This document shows, one piece after another, positions 60,491 through 64,000 of a stretch of 64,000 nt of DNA (within the stretch, counting starts at the first letter, position 1; every line of letters starts with the position of its first letter). Location of the stretch: assembly GCA_965645245.1 (NCBI GenBank), contig OZ287068.1, forward strand, positions 3,224,001 to 3,288,000, given 5' to 3'. The notes under the pieces are model-generated. The model was not told the origin of the DNA, ran no database searches, and saw only the letters and a program-made list of their open reading frames with translations. The DNA comes from Massalongia carnosa (lineage: Eukaryota). A program made the position numbers and the translations under genes.

Positions 60491-63400
60491 TGGGTTGGTG
60501 GGGTTGGACCGTATCTTTGAGGATGTAGGTGTATTTATGCTTCTTTGAGCATTGAAACTGCCGAGGTAAGTCAAACCGTTTAGGTGCATGTGCGAGTATT
60601 CTAAAAGAAACACTTTTTGATTATTTACGGGCATTTCCAACCAACCACCCACCGGCTTAAAACCATGCTAGGCGTATTCCATTCCGGTCACGCAGTCAAT
60701 CACCAGGTACCTGACCCTATCTGTTAGGCTACCGTTTGTTATTACTGTTCTTAGCATAACACCAACAGATAACGATATAAATTCCATGCGAGTTTCGTTA
60801 AATTCCCCCTTCAAAAAAAAACAAAACCTCTTTCTCCCGGGCCCCCTTTTATTCCCCCCCCCTACACCTACACTATATACACCACTTCCCCCTCTTCTAC
60901 ATATCGATACCTATTCCCCCATCTCATCCCCGCCGGGCTCATACCATCCATCTCTCTCTCGCGCCTCCTCCTCCTGCGCTATATGCATGTGGGTGTTATG
61001 GCTCGATAAGCCCGTGCAGGGAACTGGATGGGGGGAGGGGGGAAGGAAGGGATTCATGTAACGTAAGGAAGGGGGGGGGGGTTAGCGGATAGCGGTTAGC
61101 AGAAATTGAAATGGAAACCAAATAGAGCGATGGATTTTTTTTAAACTTTTTGCGTTTTTTGGGGTTGATGTTTTTGCTTTCTTTCCATTTATTGTTTCCT
61201 TCCTCGTTAAATTCTTGCTACTCGCGGTTTTTTATTATACGTTGGTGCCGAGTTAGGAATGTGCATTGCAGTTTTTTGGGGGGGTTCTTTCTATATGCTG
61301 GGATGTTGATGTTGATGTTAGCCTGATGTTAGCCTGTGTTAGCCTAACTAGATTGTCGTCAGGCAGTTGATGACTGCGATTACCCAATTAAGCTAGCTTG
61401 CATTTTAGGAGTTCAGGTAAAATCTCTGCAGATAGTAAACAAATGAACTATCCCTTCTAAATATTCGTATCATGCACCAAGGCGATCGATTCTCCCTCCA
61501 ATAGTTGAGGCGGGAAGAAGGAGAAGAACGAGGGTGTATGGTTTTCCTTCTCTCTTGTTGATATATCTATCGGCTGGTAGAGATTGGCTGGTTGGTTGGC
61601 TGGCTGGGCGAATTTTCGATGGTGGGTAGGTTAGAATAGGGGAGTTAGGAGGAGGGAGGAAGGAGGAAGGAAGAGAGAAGCGAGGGGGGGAAGGAGTGGG
61701 ATGAGAGTGTATGAACAGATATATAAACGGTGAGTGTTGCGGAGAAAGCAAGTAATAGATAAGATATGTTCATTGCGTAACAACAGTGAGTGATTTGATG
61801 TAGCTTCGTACTCGAACTCCTTTACCCGCTCCCTACATGTCTCGTATATTTCATGTCTTTTCTTATGGTATTTATCGTCCTCTAAAGGTCTTTTACCTTT
61901 TTTGAACAATAGGGGGGAATATGTATAGATAGTGAAATAGAGAAGGAGGTAGAGCGGGTGCGCAGGTGGTCGGTCGCTAAGAGAAGAGGGAACTGAAAAC
62001 AGATGGAGAGATGAGACGATATGATATATTGAGGGGAAACCGTAGAGGTAAAATCTGTAGAGGAGAAATTAGGTCCTGCTATTCAGATCCCGCTCCATAG
62101 CATAGCATATTGTTCGTAAAGGAGATCTAGTACCATCATTAATCACTGCGTCATACTTTGTATAATGTACGATTGACTAACGGAGGATATAGATCAATAA
62201 GCTCATTAGAGAACGTCTCACGATATGTTTGGGCTCGCTGGCTCCGACATAAAACCAAGCACTCCTGCCTTCGTGGCTGTCCCTTGATCTGAAATTAGGG
62301 TTCCCCTTGATCGTGTAGACTTCCAGGCACCCCAAACAGCGTTAAGCTTTAGAGCGAACTCATCTTGCTATTCTGTAGGTCGTGTGAAAGAAATAGATGG
62401 CGTAGATAACGCTTAACTTTCTCTTCAGGATTGAGCAGTTGCTGCCAGTAGACTCTCCAAAAAACGCAGTTATTTGAACAGCAGAGGAGAAACAATGTTT
62501 TCCTTAGAAGCACACATTCAACGTCATGATCCCGAGTTAGTAACTTAAGCGTAAATTCAGAGCCTAACAGGGCTTCTTTGGGAGTGCTTTCGAGCCAGAA
62601 ATCGAGATGAGCTTGCTGTCATGGACTCCTAGACCTCGCCGCTTATGCCAAGTGGTTTTTATGAAACACAACTTCTTTGGCTCATACGAATTGCAACGAC
62701 ATCTCTAATTCAATGATTCAATGGGAATAGATTCAGCAACCAGTCTCTTCAATAAGGGATCTCTGACTAGAAATAGAAGCTTAGGGCTTCCCATCAAGAG
62801 TGTCATAATGAGAGCCTGAGTGATGCCTGCAAAGTGAATCAGCGAACTCTCAGATTGATCCAATCATCAGACAGCAGCCTCAGGATTGGCCAAAGGTCAG
62901 ATTAGCTCCTTCACTCATAAAGTCCTCAAAAGGTATGTTTTGGTTCGGACTTCCGTCGACGGTGAATGCTTGCGGAAGCAGATTTCGCAATTGCGAACCC
63001 ATCTGCGGTCTTTTAGCGCATCCTAGAACTGATGATATCTACTTTCTGACTGATTTCTTGGCAATGACAGAGTGCTCATTAAAGATGCCATTTTTTCCAA
63101 TCAACATATGTTCAGCGGCGAAGAAGATAAAAGGAGTATCCAATCTGCGAAAATCCGAACGCACATCCGGGCATCTGAAATTGGCGTGGCGCAATGGAAG
63201 GCCGACGGTTATTATTTGCGTCAAAGAAGGAGTCACAGTAGACGGCGCACATCCTTTAGGCTTACCCACAAGCTCTCGTACGTAGGGTTTAATCTGAATT
63301 CCTACAGTGACTTCGCATGAAGATGAGAATTTCAGCCTCCTTAGATCAACGCCTTGGATATGTGAAAAAACCGATTCAAGTTTACCACTGCAACGAGTTC

Positions 63401-64000
63401 CCAAGGTCAACTCTGGATGTAACGTGTTTTAACGTGAGGCGTCACAAGCTTATCACCATCAGGCCATTCATCAGGCCATCACCAGGTAATATGGGTCGAT
63501 TATGACGTACATGCTGCTACCACCAGAAAGCTAGGTGCATCGTGTATCTTTGCTTAACGTCGGTGAATCATAGACAGTAGTCGAAATAAATGACCTTTTA
63601 GCGCTAAACCTGTGCTTGACTGAAGCTAAAACCAAACAATGTAGATAGCTTAGGATTAGCGTAGGCTATTGGTTTGGTAGCTTGCACGAGCGCCTAGCAA
63701 CGAAGAGTTTATAAGGAAAGTATACAAGTTATTGTTCTACTGAAACTAACTGGCTCTTTCAAAGGACGCTTGAGGGCCATGAGCTTCTATGCTCAGCGAA
63801 TAAAAGCTTGAAAGCGGTTCCCAAACAGCACATTATGTCTTTTGAGCAGCTGAAATCTTTCTATGAAGAAGGCTGCGATGAAATGTATTGAGGGCTTATT
63901 GTCTTGCGAGTTTTTGTCCTTTCATCATCGATAGCCCCCAAATATCTATCTGAAGTTTCAGCGGCTATGCACCATATCGAGTCGACTCCGAAACAGCCAA

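Noticed and set aside
60700..64000. Genes in the last 3.3 kb
   Set aside because: Low-complexity tracts, then stop-riddled sequence without recognisable motifs

Overview
Eukaryotic DNA from a filamentous ascomycete (short GT-AG introns with CTAAC-like branch points, fungal gene and TE families). Bases 1-34.6 kb form a TE-rich island. It contains two Tad1-like LINEs, pogo/Tigger remnants, a Tc1-like DD38E element with a related MITE, three piggyBac-like elements (two forming a 4.4-kb palindrome inside a LINE) and a young Ty1/copia element nested in the third. Inside this island is an intact head-to-head pair: a large NACHT (NLR-like) gene whose C-terminus carries C2H2 fingers, a bromodomain-like remnant, a SANT domain and a KLAP1-like zinc module instead of WD/ANK/TPR repeats, and a Rad5/16-like SNF2 ATPase. 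Next come NADH-glutamate synthase (GLT1), a phosphotransferase pseudogene, and a second head-to-head pair (NB-ARC-TPR NLR plus a C-terminally membrane-anchored protein). A housekeeping cluster follows (Dabb barrel, Zn-finger protein, APC15, BET1, CHZ1, ORC5). Best candidates for novelty: the NLR-chromatin module paired with SNF2, piggyBac-like elements whose empty sites reconstruct to an AT target rather than TTAA, and an ITm lineage with CAC...GTG ends and 5-bp TSDs. All domain calls are by motif recognition; no searches were run.
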